From Felis catus (lineage: Eukaryota): a stretch of 64,000 nucleotides of DNA. Under the pieces are notes generated by a model. That model saw only the letters and a list, made by a program, of their open reading frames with translations, had not been told where the DNA came from and made no database searches. Positions 24,690 through 37,376 of the stretch are shown here, one piece after another. The translations under genes and the position numbers were made by a program. The stretch's first letter is position 1. Each line of letters begins with the position of its first letter. Location of the stretch: contig NC_058368.1 of the NCBI RefSeq assembly GCF_018350175.1, positions 177,198,001 through 177,262,000 on the forward strand. The letters are read 5' to 3'.

Positions 24690-25112
24690 TTTTTATTTTT
24701 TTAAAAATGTTTGTTTATTGAGGTGCCTGGGTGGCTCAGTCGGTTAAGCGTCTGACTTTGGCTCAGGTCACGATCTTACGGTTCATGAGTTTGAGCCCCG
24801 TGTCAGGCTCTGTGCTGACAGCCCTAGAGCTGCTTCGGATTCTGTGTCTCCCTCTCTCTCTGCCCCTCCCCTGTTCATGCTCTGTCTCTGTCTCTGTCTC
24901 TCAAAAATAAATAATTTTTTAAAAGCGTTAAAAAAATGTTTATTTTTGAGAGAGTGCAAGTAAGGGAGGGGCAGAGAGAGGGAGACAGAGGATTCAAAGC
25001 GCTCTTTGCATTGATAGCAGGGAGCCTGATGTGGGGCTCGAACTCATGAAACACGAGATCATAACCTGAGCTGAAGTCAGATGTTCAACTGACTGAGCCA
25101 CCCCGGTGCCCC
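24690..25112. mobile_element. Plus-strand Can-SINE (24720-24935) nested in the tail of a minus-strand Can-SINE
   Basis: TSD aaaaatgttt(g/a)ttt; outer TSD acct(g/a)ag(a/g)gttttt. Confidence 0.9.
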
Positions 25113-27144
25113 ACACCTAAGGGTTTTTAATCATGAGAGGGTTTTGAATTTTGTTATATGCCCTAAATACATGTATTGAAATCATCGTATAACTTACTGC
25201 CTTACTGTGTATTACATTGATTTTTTGACTCTTCAGCCAGTCTTTAATTCTGGGAAAGCCCCAACTGATGATGATGTATTATCCTTTTTATGTAATTTTG
25301 TATTTGATTTGCCAATATTTTGTTGAGGGTTTTTACACCTTCCTGCCTGAAGGTAATTGGTCAGTTTTCTATTTTGATAGTGTCTTTTCTCAGGTTTTAG
25401 CATTAGGATTATTCTAATACAATGACTCATTCTCTCTGTTTTTAAAAAGAATGTGAAAGATTGCTGTTATTTCTTGTCTAAATGTTTGATAGTATTTACC
25501 AAGCAAGTCATTTAGGCCTTGAATTTGCTTTGTGGGAAAGTTTTTGTTTTTGTGTAGCACTTAAAGTTTTTAAAAAGTTAACTTTTTTGAGGTATACTTT
25601 ATATATAATAAAATTTTCCAATTTTAAGTGTGTAGTTTATGTAGGTTTGACAAATGAATACATGTATATTTATCCGTTTTGTTTTGTTTTGTTTCTTGTG
25701 ATGTGTTTGAGAGACTTCGGTATCAAGGTAATGTTGGCCTCAGAATGTGAATTGGGAATGTTCTTGCCTCATTTACTTTCTAGAAGTTTATGTAGAATTA
25801 ATATTACTTCTTTTGTAAATACTAAATAAAATTCACCAGTGAAGACAATTTTCTTTAACAGATACGGGGCTGCTGAAGTTATCTATTTCTCTTGTTGGTA
25901 TCCATGTGTCTTTTAAGGAATTTGTCTCTTCCGTCTGAGTTGTAGAATATATTAGTGTAAAATTATAATATTTCCTTATTTTCCTTTAATGTCTATAGGA
26001 TCTGTATTCATGGTCCCACTTTTTATCCTGAGATTGGAAATTTGTTTCTTATCTATTTTATTTTCCTTATCAGCTTGGCTAGAGGTTTATCACTTCTATT
26101 AATTGTTTCAAAGATACAGCTTTTGGTTTCATTGATTTTTCATTATTCTTTTTCTGTTTCATATTATATTAATTTTGGATCTCATCTTTACTATTTCCTT
26201 CCTGCTGCTTATTTTGGGTTTCATTTGCTAATTTTCTAGTTTTTTAAAGGGGAAGCTTAGATTGTTGCTTTGAAGACCATGTCCTTTTCTAATGCATTTA
26301 ATGTTATAAGTTTCTCTCTAACCACCATTTTAGTTATATCCCACAGTATTTAATATGTTGAATTTTTACTTTCATTCAGTTCACAATATTTTCTAATTTT
26401 CTTTGTGATATCTTTTAGTGATATATTAATTTCCGAACCTTTTGGGATTTTCTGTTACATTAATTTTGGATTAATTCTTTGTCATTCTGGAGCATACTTT
26501 GTATAAATTCAGCCCTTTAAAATTTATTGAAACCTGTTTTATGGCCCAGAATAACATTTATCTTGGTGAATGTTGTGTACTTGGAAAGAATGTGTTCTCT
26601 TGTTGGGTAGAGTGTTCTATAAATGTCAACTAGGTTAAGTTGGCTGATAGTGTTTTTCATGTCCTCCATATCTTTACTCTTTTCTGTCTGCTTGTTCTAT
26701 GTATAACTAAGAGAGGAGTGTTGAAGTGTCCAAATATAAATTTGGATTTGTCTATTTCTCCTTGGAGTTGTGTCATTGTTTTTTCCTCCAGATGTATCTC
26801 AAATCTTTGTTAGAAAAGGGCATATACATTTTGGATTGTTATATTTTTTTGATAAGTTGATCCTTTCATCAATATGAAATACCTCACTTGATCCCTGATA
26901 ACATTCCTTGTTCTGAAATCTGTTTTGCCTATTATTAATATTAATTTACTTTGACTTTTGGATTTCCTTTGATAAGTAATTCATGGTGTATACTTTTTTC
27001 TGTCCTTTTAACCAGTGTGTCTTTACGTTTAAAGTGGGGTTCTTTTAGAGGGCATATAGTTATCCAGTTTCACAATCTCTGCTTTTTAATTGGAGTGTTT
27101 TGACTACTTATATTTAATTAGTTATTGGTATGTTTGGTTTTATT

Positions 27145-27366
27145 TAAAAAGTTTTTTTTAATGCTTATTTATTTATTTTGAGAGAGAGAGTGCATGTGCG
27201 CAGGGAGAGGGGTGGGGAGGGGCAGAGAGAGCGGGAGAGAGAGGGAGAGAATCCCAAACAGGCTCCGTGCTGTCAGCACAGAGCCTGACGTGGGGCTCCA
27301 TCTCACAAACCATAAGATCATGACTTAAATTTTGGACGCTTAACTGACTGAGCCATCCAGGTGCTC
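27145..27366 (-). mobile_element. Can-SINE
   Basis: Consensus match. Confidence 0.88.
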
Positions 27367-29333
27367 GTCAGGTTTCTTTTAAAATGGTTAACGTTAGAAG
27401 CAAAAAAGTAAAAATGTTTTTCTGGTTTATATTTTTGAGCAATGTTATCCTGTAGGTGCTTTGCACGAGTTATTTCTCTTCCTGCAATGTAGGCAGTGTT
27501 CTCCCTGCCCTATAAAAGAGGAAACTGAATCCGAGAGAGAAGTCAAGTAACCAACAGGAAGTCAAGACAGTTTGTCATTGTCAGAGCCCAGAGTTTGCAG
27601 TGGGGGCATTGTGTCTCTAAAGGCCTGCTCTTTACTCTTCAGCTGACTGACTCCCTCTGTGGTGCCATGACTCAGTGTCCTTTGGCCATTCTTCTACTAC
27701 TTTGAAAGCACCTTCTTTTTCTGGCTTCCTTCCTCTAGTGAATATGAAACATTTTACAGGTTTTACTTTAGTAGTTCTCTTCCAAGTGTTAAGCACCAGG
27801 AAGCATTAAGGGCACATTCTGCTACTCCCCGTTTGCTTTCTCGGACTCTAGCAGACTTTTATCTATCTATCCTTTTGTTGGACCTTTTTAAGCAGTCAAA
27901 TAATTAATGAGGTATTCTTCTTTTATGTAGGTGAATGAATACTTTAGGGGTAATAAAGATGACTGCCTTTCTGAAACTAGATTTTGTTTCTTACTGCTTT
28001 TTGTGAGGGCCAGAAATTGTGTTGCATGTCCCCCCCCCCCCCCATTTTGAATCCTTGCTCTTTGTAGACAGTTTGGAAACTATGGGAAAGGAATAAGCAG
28101 AAACAAAATTACCACTTTTGTCATTACAATTCATAGGAAGATTGTAATAATTATAGCCAAGACTCATATCAACAGATACTTATTGTACTTCTGTACTTAA
28201 GTAGTGTGCCAGGAATTATCGGAAGTGGAAGGAATACAGAATGAATAACTCAGCCAAGCTTTTTCTGCCCTTTGGAGGTTAAATTTGACTAAGGGAGCCC
28301 TTATAAGTGCCAGGATTCTCTTTTAAATTTTGTCACTCCCTTTGTCAGGGAGGCCTGTTTCAACCTCAGTTTTCTGGATGAGGAAGTGGGCACAGAGAGG
28401 TCAGGTGACATGCAGGAGGATCCTGCCTCAACTTTCAGTAACTAGTTTCTGTTTCCTTAGACTAGAGCATATATATCTGGGGTCTTGGCATGGATTTTTA
28501 CTTTTGAAAGTTTAATGTTAAAAATCACCATTCCTTACTGTTAAAAAGAGATGTCTTTAAGCAAATAGAAAGCAAAATATACAGAGATAACATTGTTAGC
28601 ATTTTAACACACCTTTTCTAGATACTGCTCTAAATAAATCAATAATTAAGTTTTATCCATGAAGATGGAGTCCTACAGATATATTGACCCCCCCCCCCCC
28701 TATTTTATTTTTCATTTAAAATTTACCTTAGACCTTTTTTCATGTCACTATTCTTCCAAGAAGTAGTTTTCCCGTAACTTTAGACAGGTGAGTACTATCT
28801 TCACAGTTTTGGACATATCTGTATACTATGTGTCCTTTTATCTACTTCACATATTTAAAAAATCTGCTCTCTTTTAAAAAATCAGAAAAGGAGACCGTAT
28901 TGTTGTGTGACTGGAAAATCATGGCACTTGCTGAGACCCATATAAAATTCTAGCCACATACCGTTTGTTACAGTAAACTGAATAGGAAGCTAGGTCTTTT
29001 TGTTAAAAACAGATAATTGAAAGTATTTAACAGTGTAAAAAATATCTTTTGATATAGTTAGAAGAATCGAAAGACAACTGAAAAGGTGGTAGGTAACTTT
29101 CGCAGTATGGGATCCATTGTACTCCAGTACCTTAATTAGGGGTTTTCAGTGTTTTTAAGTATTTTCATAGTGAGAAATAAAACTTATATTTAGACCCCGC
29201 CCAGATTTACATTTAGACTTAGTACATGTAATCATATGTGTAATCATATGTGCACACACATATTTATGTATATGTTTTATATATGTTTGTGTGTGTAACA
29301 TAACATACATTCCTAAAGTCACCCCAATGTATA

Positions 29334-29500
29334 CTGTATTCCACTGTGAAACATAAGACAGCATAGATTGTAAGATATGCCATTTTCTGTAACATTCAGA
29401 AAAAAATGCTACCAGTTTTAAGATGCCATTGATGGTTAAGAAATATCTCAATTTCAGAGATACTAAAATGTGAAAAAATATGTGTTAGAATTGATGAAAT
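29334..29500. mobile_element. MER104-like Tc2/mariner MITE
   Basis: TA|ctgtattcca ... tagaattgatgaaata; internal taagatgccattgat repeats. Confidence 0.55.
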
Positions 29501-29515
29501 AAGAGATGTGTTGTG

Positions 29516-29516
<1 letters not shown>

Positions 29517-29595
<79 letters not shown>

Positions 29596-29597
29596 TC
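29517..29597. repeat. (TTTC)n tetranucleotide microsatellite
   Basis: Direct reading. Confidence 0.95.
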
Positions 29598-29737
29598 ATG
29601 CTGGGTGTCCATTAAGTTGGTATTATAAACCACAGTGGGTTGTAAACTGCAATTTGAAAAACATAATGAATGCTGACTCCTACTTTGCATAAAGATTAGT
29701 ATAGATGAATTTTAGATGTAAGTATAAAGATGAAATA

Positions 29738-29970
29738 GGGTCACCTGGGTGACTCAGTTGGTTAAGTGTTGGGACTCTTGGTTTTGGCTCAGGTTGTGAT
29801 CTCCCGGTTCCTGAGAGAGCAAGTCAGGCTCAGTGCTGACAGCATGGAACCTGCTTGGGATTCTCTCTCCCTCTCTCTGCCCCTCCCCTGTTTTCACTCA
29901 ATGTATGTGCCTGTGCTCTCTCTCTCCCTCCCTCTCCCTCTCTCCCTCTCTCTCTTAAAATAAATAAACT
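29738..29970 (+). mobile_element. Can-SINE
   Basis: Consensus match. Confidence 0.88.
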
Positions 29971-30220
29971 TTGGGGAGGAAAAAAGTAAAACTTCTAGGC
30001 TACTCCATGGGAGACTATATAATAAATAAACATTAAAAAATTAAGATTAATTACTTCTCTTTATCAAAAGACACCATTAAGAGAATGGAAAGTTAAGCCA
30101 CAGATTAAGAGGAGACCTTTGCAATAAATATATTTGGAAAGGGACTCTATTCTAGGATAAATAAAGAATTTCTGGAAATGAGTAAGAAAAGACTGTCCAA
30201 TTAAAAATGGTCAAAAGCTA

Positions 30221-30535
30221 TTTTTTTAACATTTATTTTATTCTGAATTTATTCCTGGGCCGCAAGTTTTTGTTTCTCCAGTTTCCTCTTGGATATCTTT
30301 TTCTTTGGTGCAACCACCTCTTCTGATTTAGGAATACTTTGCTCTTTTTCAGTAAGGATCATCTCAATGTGTCAGGGAGAGTTCATGTATGGGTTAATCC
30401 GACCATGAGCTCCGCAAGTTCTGTGCTGCATCCTGGGGGCTTTGTTCACCTAGATGTGGTCAATGACCAGAGAATGTACATCTAAACCCTGAAGTTCAGC
30501 ATTACTGTCTGCATTTTTAAGCATTTACAGTAAAA
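30221..30535 (-). pseudogene. RPL17: 5'-truncated processed pseudogene of ribosomal protein L17 (uL22)
   Basis: Minus strand 30524-30249 reads [89 protein letters not shown], the RPL17 C-terminal half with internal stops, then AATAAA and an A tail. Confidence 0.93.
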
Positions 30536-30820
30536 GTTACTATATTTTATGATGATTGTTCACCCCTACTATAGACCCAACAGAAATACCTGCCCATGTA
30601 CACCAGCAGACATGACAGAATTATTTTAAATGCCAAAAGTGGAAGTGACCTACATGTTAATCAGTAGTAAAATGAATAAATATTTTTTGAAATAATATAG
30701 AGCAGTGAAAAAGAATGAACTGTTGCTGTATTTAAGAATCTCAAATCATAGTGTTAAGCAAAAGAAGCTAGACCTAAAGAGTATATATGATAAGAATCTA
30801 TTTACTTAAAGTTCAAAAAT

Positions 30821-31038
30821 GGGAGCAACCTGAGTGGCTCAGTCGGTTAAGTGTCAGACTCTTGGCTTTGGCTCAGGTCATGATTTTATGATTTGAGACC
30901 CACATTGGGCTCTGTGCTGACAGCACAAAGCCTGTTTGGGACTCTGTCTTTCTGCCCCTTTCCTGCTTGTGCACATGTGTGCACTCTCTGTCTCTTCTGT
31001 CTCTGTCTCTCTCAAAATAAATAAACATTAAAAAAAAG
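30821..31038 (+). mobile_element. Can-SINE
   Basis: TSD aaagttcaaaaat. Confidence 0.9.
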
Positions 31039-31261
31039 TTCAAAAATGAATGTATAAATCTATGGTGGTATTAAAAAAAATAGTGGTTACCTTTGGCCAT
31101 TAATGACAGAGGTAATATGAGGAAAATATTTATGGACCCTGGCAATGTTCTTTATGTTTTGGTCTGAGTACTAGTTACACTTGAGAATTAAACCCTTTAT
31201 TATATTATACTTCAATAGAAATGTTTTTAAAAAGAACTAAAAATTTCTACTATCATATATT

Positions 31262-31480
31262 AAAAAGAAAAAATTTTTTTTACATTTATTTTTGAGAGAC
31301 AGAGAGAGACAGAGCACAAGTGGAGGAGGGGCAGAGAGAGAAGGAGACACAGAATCCGAAACAGGCTCCAGGCTCTGAGCTGTCAGCACAGAGCTCAACA
31401 CGGGGCTCGAACTCACAAACCATGAGATCATGACCTTGAGCCGAAGTTGGACGCTTAACCGACTGAGCCACCCAGGCGTC
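31262..31480 (-). mobile_element. Can-SINE
   Basis: TSD tatcatat. Confidence 0.9.
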
Positions 31481-32171
31481 TGTATCATATTTTTAAATGA
31501 TACCCTGTTGTTGGACATTTACATTGTTTTCTAGTTTTCCATGTTATAAATTGTCGTAGCTATAATTTTCTATAGACATACAGTTCCTTAGGAAAAATTG
31601 CTAAAGTTAAATTATGTCCATTGTTAAGTAGTACTTTTTGAAGTTATGTATTGATAAATATTCTCTGAAAAGTAACAATTTATAATCTTACCAGAGCGCC
31701 CAATTCCTGTAGAGTACATAAAAATAAAAGTTGCCAATTTTGGTAGGTGAAAAATTGCATCTTTTTATTGTTGTAGGTGTTCATTTTTGATGGCCATTTA
31801 AATTTCTCATTTTGAAATATCTACTTACTCTTATTTGCCTATTAGGGTATTAGTTTTGGTTTCTTATTAATTTATTAGAAATATTTATATAGTAACTTAT
31901 TTATCATACATTGCAATACTTCCCCCAATGTATTGTATTTGTTTTTGAAATTTATTGTGAACATTCATGAGTTTGAATATTTTTATCCAATCACATCTAC
32001 ATTTATTTCTGTCTTTGGTATCATGCTTAGACAGCCTTTCCCTGGTTCCATGAATTTGTAGAAACTCCTGTATGCTTGCTTTTAGTAGTTTTATGGTTGT
32101 AATTTTTCACACTTGATTCTTTGTATCCATAGTATTTATTGGGATGTAATATGAGGTAGCATTTTAACTTT

Positions 32172-32425
32172 TCTTTATTTTTAAAAATTTTTTATATTCA
32201 TTCATTCATTCATTCATTCATTCATTCATTCATTCATTCATTCAAAGCAGGCTCCACACCCAGTGTGGATCCCATTGTGGGGCTTGAACTCACAGACATG
32301 AGATCAAGACCTGAGCTGAGATCAAGAGACCCATGCTTGACCAGCTGAGCCACCCAGGTGCCCAACTTTTGTTTATTTTTATTTATGTTTTACGAGCATG
32401 TGCGTGTGTGCACAGGGCAGGGGCA

Positions 32426-32476
<51 letters not shown>

Positions 32477-32611
32477 TGAATCAATGAATCTTAAAGCAGG
32501 CTCCACACTCAATGTGAGCCCCACAGGGGACTTGATTCCAAGACCCTGGGATCATGACCTGAGCCAAAATCTAGAGTCAAACCCTCAACTGACTGAGACG
32601 CCCAGGCGCCC
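32172..32611 (-). mobile_element. Two tandem Can-SINEs with (TTCA)n and (GA)n
   Basis: Two consensus matches ending 32363 and 32611. Confidence 0.85.
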
Positions 32612-33135
32612 TCCACCCCCATCTTTTATTTTTAATCCCATAAAGAGTATTATCTCTTTCTCACCAATTTGAAACTCTGACTTGAAAATACACAGATTTT
32701 GTAAGTATAAATGATCGGTTTCTGGACTTTCTATTTAAATTGTTTCATTGATCTTGCTTTGTCAGAACCATACTGCTTTAATTATTGTAGCTTAAATTTT
32801 TAAAAAAATATCTAATAATATAAGCATTCCCCTCTTTTAAAAAATAATTGGTGGTGAGGAAAGGAAGAAAAATTTTACCCTGTGTTCATTCTTCTACATA
32901 CTTTGATATGATCTTGTCATGTAGTGTCAGGAACAGCCAAACACCTAGTCAGAAGTGTGAGTAGAACTGCAGATTAGATAAACTGGAACAGAACTTACTA
33001 CATTATAGAAATTACGTGGCAGTGATTTCAGACAAACTCCCAAAGAATTAAAATTTAAAAATTTTATTTTAATTGTAGAAAGAAAACAACTGGTTTGTTC
33101 CTATATGTTGATATTTGTGTGGAGGGACAAGAAGA

Positions 33136-33355
33136 TTTTTTTTTTTTTTAATGTTGTATTTATTTTTTTTGGGATAGAGAGAGACAGAGCATGAACGGGG
33201 GAGGGGCAGAGAGAGAGGGACACACAGAATCGGAAACAGGCTCCAGGCTCTGAGCCATCAGCCCAGAGCCCGACGCGGGGCTCGAACTCACGGACCGCGA
33301 GATCGTGACCTGGCTGAAGTCGGACGCTTAACCGACTGCGCCACCCAGGCTCCCC
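33136..33355 (-). mobile_element. Can-SINE, young subfamily
   Basis: TSD aagaagattttt. Confidence 0.95.
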
Positions 33356-33913
33356 AAGAAGATTTTTGATTAGCTATGTTTAATGGTGGCTGGAGTTGTT
33401 GCTTTAAAAAGTCATGTATGCATAGATGCGTTCATGTTTTTCTTTCTTCTGGAGTTGTGAGATTACTATGAGAGAGGGGACTGCTTTTTTGGAAAAGCTT
33501 GTCTCTTCTTTTTCCAAGTGAATGTTTCTCCCTCTTCAGTGATCTCATTTACCAGTAATGTGTTGGTAAGATTTAGGTTTAAGGGGAGAGAATTTTAGGT
33601 TAGACTAGGGGCCTGGGTGGAATTAACAATAACAACACAGAGGTGTTTGGTTTATTTGTGTGAGTCATTGTTCTGTTTATCTTTGGAATTTGTGGCACAT
33701 AGTAACTAGCAAACTAGATTTGGACATTTCTGCTTGGCTTGATCTTAACACAATAATCTTTTCTTGATGTCTGGCTGTATTTGATACTTTTTCTGTGGCC
33801 TAGGATACTCTGTCAGTTGTTTTTTTAATGTTCTGTGGAAAGCCAAGCTTTTATTTGTTTGGTCTACTTGATCTGTCAAAGATGCAAGGGTGTTTTAAAA
33901 ATTAAAAAAAAAA

Positions 33914-34154
33914 GGGGCGCCTGGGTGGCGCAGTCGGTTGAGCGTCCGACTTCAGCCAGGTCACGATCTCGCGGTCCGTGAGTTCGAGCCCCGCGTCGGG
34001 CTCTGGGCTGATGGCTCAGAGCCTGGAGCCTGTTTCCGATTCTGTGTCTCCCTCTCTCTCTGCCCCTCCCCCGTTCATGCTCTGTCTCTCTCTGTCCCAA
34101 AAATAAATAAACGTTGAAAAAAAAAATTAAAAAAAAAATAAAAATTAAAAAAAA
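33914..34154 (+). mobile_element. Can-SINE, young subfamily
   Basis: Near-consensus, CpGs intact. Confidence 0.95.
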
Positions 34155-34919
34155 ATATACAACTTTTTTCCTTGATATATTTTGTGGAATTTTATATTTA
34201 GTGTATATATAAAAGTACACATTATCCTCTTCACAAATTACGACTTTTAGAGATTTTTAAAAACTCTTTGTCACTCAGTGATTTGACTTGAGTATTGTTC
34301 TCCTTGTGCAATAATGAGTTTTTCTTTCCTTAATTTGAATTTTCCTGTTCTGGTTTTGCTCATTCCTTTTATTTGCCCCTTGTGATTTTTGTTATGCTTA
34401 CCTTTGTGAGCAGGGGAATGCCCAGATTCAATTTCGTTTTATTAGAAAATGCTGATAGCGACCCATTAAATGAACTTCATAGGCTACAACCAGCAGTTGG
34501 AAAATACTTGAGATGTGTTTTTCTGTACGGAAAGGACATTGACTTCTGATTAGAACAGACCTAGATCTGATTCCTGCATCTCTCATTTACCAGCTTTGTG
34601 ACTTTTAATCACTTACTTATCTGTTCCTCATTTTTTTTTGTAAAATTGCAATATATACATTCATATTTGTTTCCTCAAAATTAAAAGGCAATGTATGAAA
34701 CAAGCCTAGATTAGAGACCCAATGAAGTTAGCTAATAGCATTTTTGCATTATATGTCTGTCATTCTTAATGTCTTAAGTCCCCCAATTTTAAAACACTAA
34801 AGAAAATGGCAGAATGCTCCCATGTTTTCCAGATCCTTTATGGTTTTTTTAATTTTTGCTTCCTCTAAAGAGTAAAGACTCCTTTTGTATGAAAATCTTA
34901 CGTTGTATAAACATTTCTC

Positions 34920-35131
34920 TTTTTTAAAAAAAATTTTTAATGTTTGTTTATTTTTGAGCGAGAAAGTACAAACAGGGAAGGGGCAGAGAGAGAGGGAGAC
35001 AGAATCTGAAGCAGGCTCCAGGCTCTGGGCTGTCAGCACAGAGCCCAATGCGGGGCTTGAACTCACGAACTTTGAGATCATGACCTGAGCCAAAGTCGGA
35101 CGCTTAACCTACTGAGCCACCCAGGTGCCCC
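34920..35131 (-). mobile_element. Can-SINE
   Basis: TSD tgtataa(a/g)catttct. Confidence 0.9.
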
Positions 35132-35617
35132 TGTATAAGCATTTCTATCGTGAAACTCATAATGCCGAATTTTTAGCATTTTTAAAGTAGGAAATGTATT
35201 TCTCTTATATAACTCTTAAAGTAAATTTTTCCAAGTGACATATATTCTCTTAGCTGGTGGCACCTACTGGCAAAGATGTATCACGACTTAGAGCTTATTG
35301 TACCTACACATAGACTCAGCTCATAAAGCAGTCTGGGAAAGATGAGAGGAGACTCGGAATATTTTGTGCCTACCAAAGTGGTCATTTCCTTTGTCTCCCA
35401 GAAACCTGGGTCTGGTGAAGTGAGAGGAGGGAGGACTTCTGCATGCTATTGCCCTAGTCCAGTGTTTTCCAGTATTTGCTGAGCTCTTGTTAAATGAGGT
35501 ATTGTTATAATAAGAGAGGTGTCCATGTCCAACAAACTTGGGAAAGCTAGGTTAAACTATCTTAACCTGATTGTTACTTACGAGACATTTCTGAACCTTT
35601 AGTGTCTTAAGTGTTGG

Positions 35618-35828
35618 TTTTTTTTTAATGTTTTTATTTATTTTTGAGACAGAGACAGAGCATGAGCAGGGGAGGGGCAAGGAGAGAGGGAGACACAGAA
35701 TCTGAAGCAGGCTCCAGGCTCTGAGCTGTCAGCACAGAGCCCGATGTGGGGCTCAAACTCACAGACCGTGAGATCATGACCTGAGCTGAAGTCGGATGCT
35801 TAACCGATTGAGCCACCCAGGTGCCCCC
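35618..35828 (-). mobile_element. Can-SINE
   Basis: Consensus match. Confidence 0.9.
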
Positions 35829-36389
35829 TTAACGAAGTGGTTTTTAACCTCAGGGGTGGGGAGGGAGAGAGCAAGTGTTTGTGCAGCATATAGCATTTGT
35901 CAGATTTTATTACACCGTGGGACCCTTTTTTCTCTGAGCGTCTCTTGTGTCACCTGGAAGACTCTTGGGAAATGATCCTCTGATCAATGTAGCTTCAGAG
36001 TAGCATTTTCCCTTTGGCAGCTTCTCCTCAGGGCTTTATAAGAGAAGTTGAAAAGATATGTATGATGGGGGAGCTATTCCGGCCACCCCAGGGCTTTATT
36101 AAATACAATTTTATTAAATCGTATCTTTTCATCCATTTTTATCAAGCCTTAAGAGAATAGTTGCTATTTTTATCAGAGGGGTTGTTTCTTTCTCATCTGT
36201 ATAAATAAACACCATTTCTCTGTTTTGGAATGAGTGAAAGGAAGAAAGACAGTTGTTTCTTGTGTAATCTGTAGGGACTTCTGACTTTTTATTTCCTCCC
36301 TGAGTAAGGAAAGTATTTAGGTAGCTTAGGTCAGAAGAGTTCTGGTGGGTTCAGACTCCTGTGTAACAGAAGTTTTTACTTTAGTTGTT

Positions 36390-36583
36390 TTAACATTGTA
36401 TTCATTTTTGAGAGACAGAGCCTAAACGGGGGAGGGGCAGAGAGAGAGGGAGACACAGAATCTGAAGCAGGCTCCAGGCTCTGAGCTGTCAGCCCCACAA
36501 CATGGGGCTCGGACCCACCAACTGTGAGATGATGACCTTAGCCGAAGTCGGATGCTTAACCAACTGAGCCACCCAGGCGCCCC
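36390..36583 (-). mobile_element. Can-SINE
   Basis: TSD aagttttta(c/g)ttta. Confidence 0.9.
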
Positions 36584-37338
36584 AAAAGTTTTTAGTTTAA
36601 AACCCTACATATATGCATTCCTCATACATTTCCTCAGGTGCCTGAAGATGGGGGCAGGGACTTGCCATTTTTCTTCTACTTTATACGCTTACTCTTCATG
36701 TTTCCAGCCATGGTTTCTTCTTGTTACTCTCTTAGAACCCAGGACATTGTGACCTTGCAAAGATGGCTTTGTAACTACTAGTTGGACTCAGCAGATGAGG
36801 TATTAATAAGTCACTGTTGCCACTTTGTTCATTCTCCTGCCAGCTTTATGAATCTTAAGTCCTTCAAGATAGCAGTAAAAGGAAAATTACATGGAGAGAG
36901 AAGTACTACTTTTGTTTTTCTCTTCTCCACCCTCTTCTTCCCATTCAGGATCATTTATTACCATCTACTCTAGACCTGTTTTGGACTCTTGGACACAATG
37001 TCCTCCTCTCTAGCTCATGGTTGGCTTTCCACATGTGGGGAACCCTGACCGTTTGCCTTTCTCCCCCATTGCAGACCTTGGCACTGTGGGACTTGTAAGA
37101 TTTTATTGAGGGAGCCAGTGGATTTTCTCTACAGGCAGCCATCTGGAGCCATTCTGTCAAAGCCTGAGGTTAAAAAGTGTGAGACGATAACACTTAAGGG
37201 AAAGTAGCATCTTCAAAGCTGGGCATGAATGATGTTTTGAGTACCAGTTACACACCAAACACTGTGCTGGGGAGTCTCCATCCCACAGTGCCTCTATATG
37301 GTTTGTATTTGTCCATGGGTAAAACACCTTACTCAGAA

Positions 37339-37340
<2 letters not shown>

Positions 37341-37374
<34 letters not shown>
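37341..37374. repeat. (AC)n microsatellite
   Basis: Direct reading. Confidence 0.95.

Positions 37375-37376
<2 letters not shown>

Larger units (their letters stand above)
24391..27135 (-). mobile_element. Old L1M ORF2 (RT to endonuclease region), interrupted by SINEs
   Basis: Degenerate ORF2 motifs, e.g. ORF 25233..25430 IILMLKPEK; endonuclease-region sequence 26300-27100. Confidence 0.75.
30000..31230 (+). mobile_element. Old L1M ORF2/3' end, interrupted by the RPL17 retrocopy and two flanking SINEs
   Basis: tcaaaagacaccattaagagaatg...; agcaaaagaagctagacctaaagagtatatatg. Confidence 0.65.

Noticed and set aside
19438..29690. Low-complexity ORFs (FFSFL..., KKER..., THTH...)
   Set aside because: Microsatellite translations.
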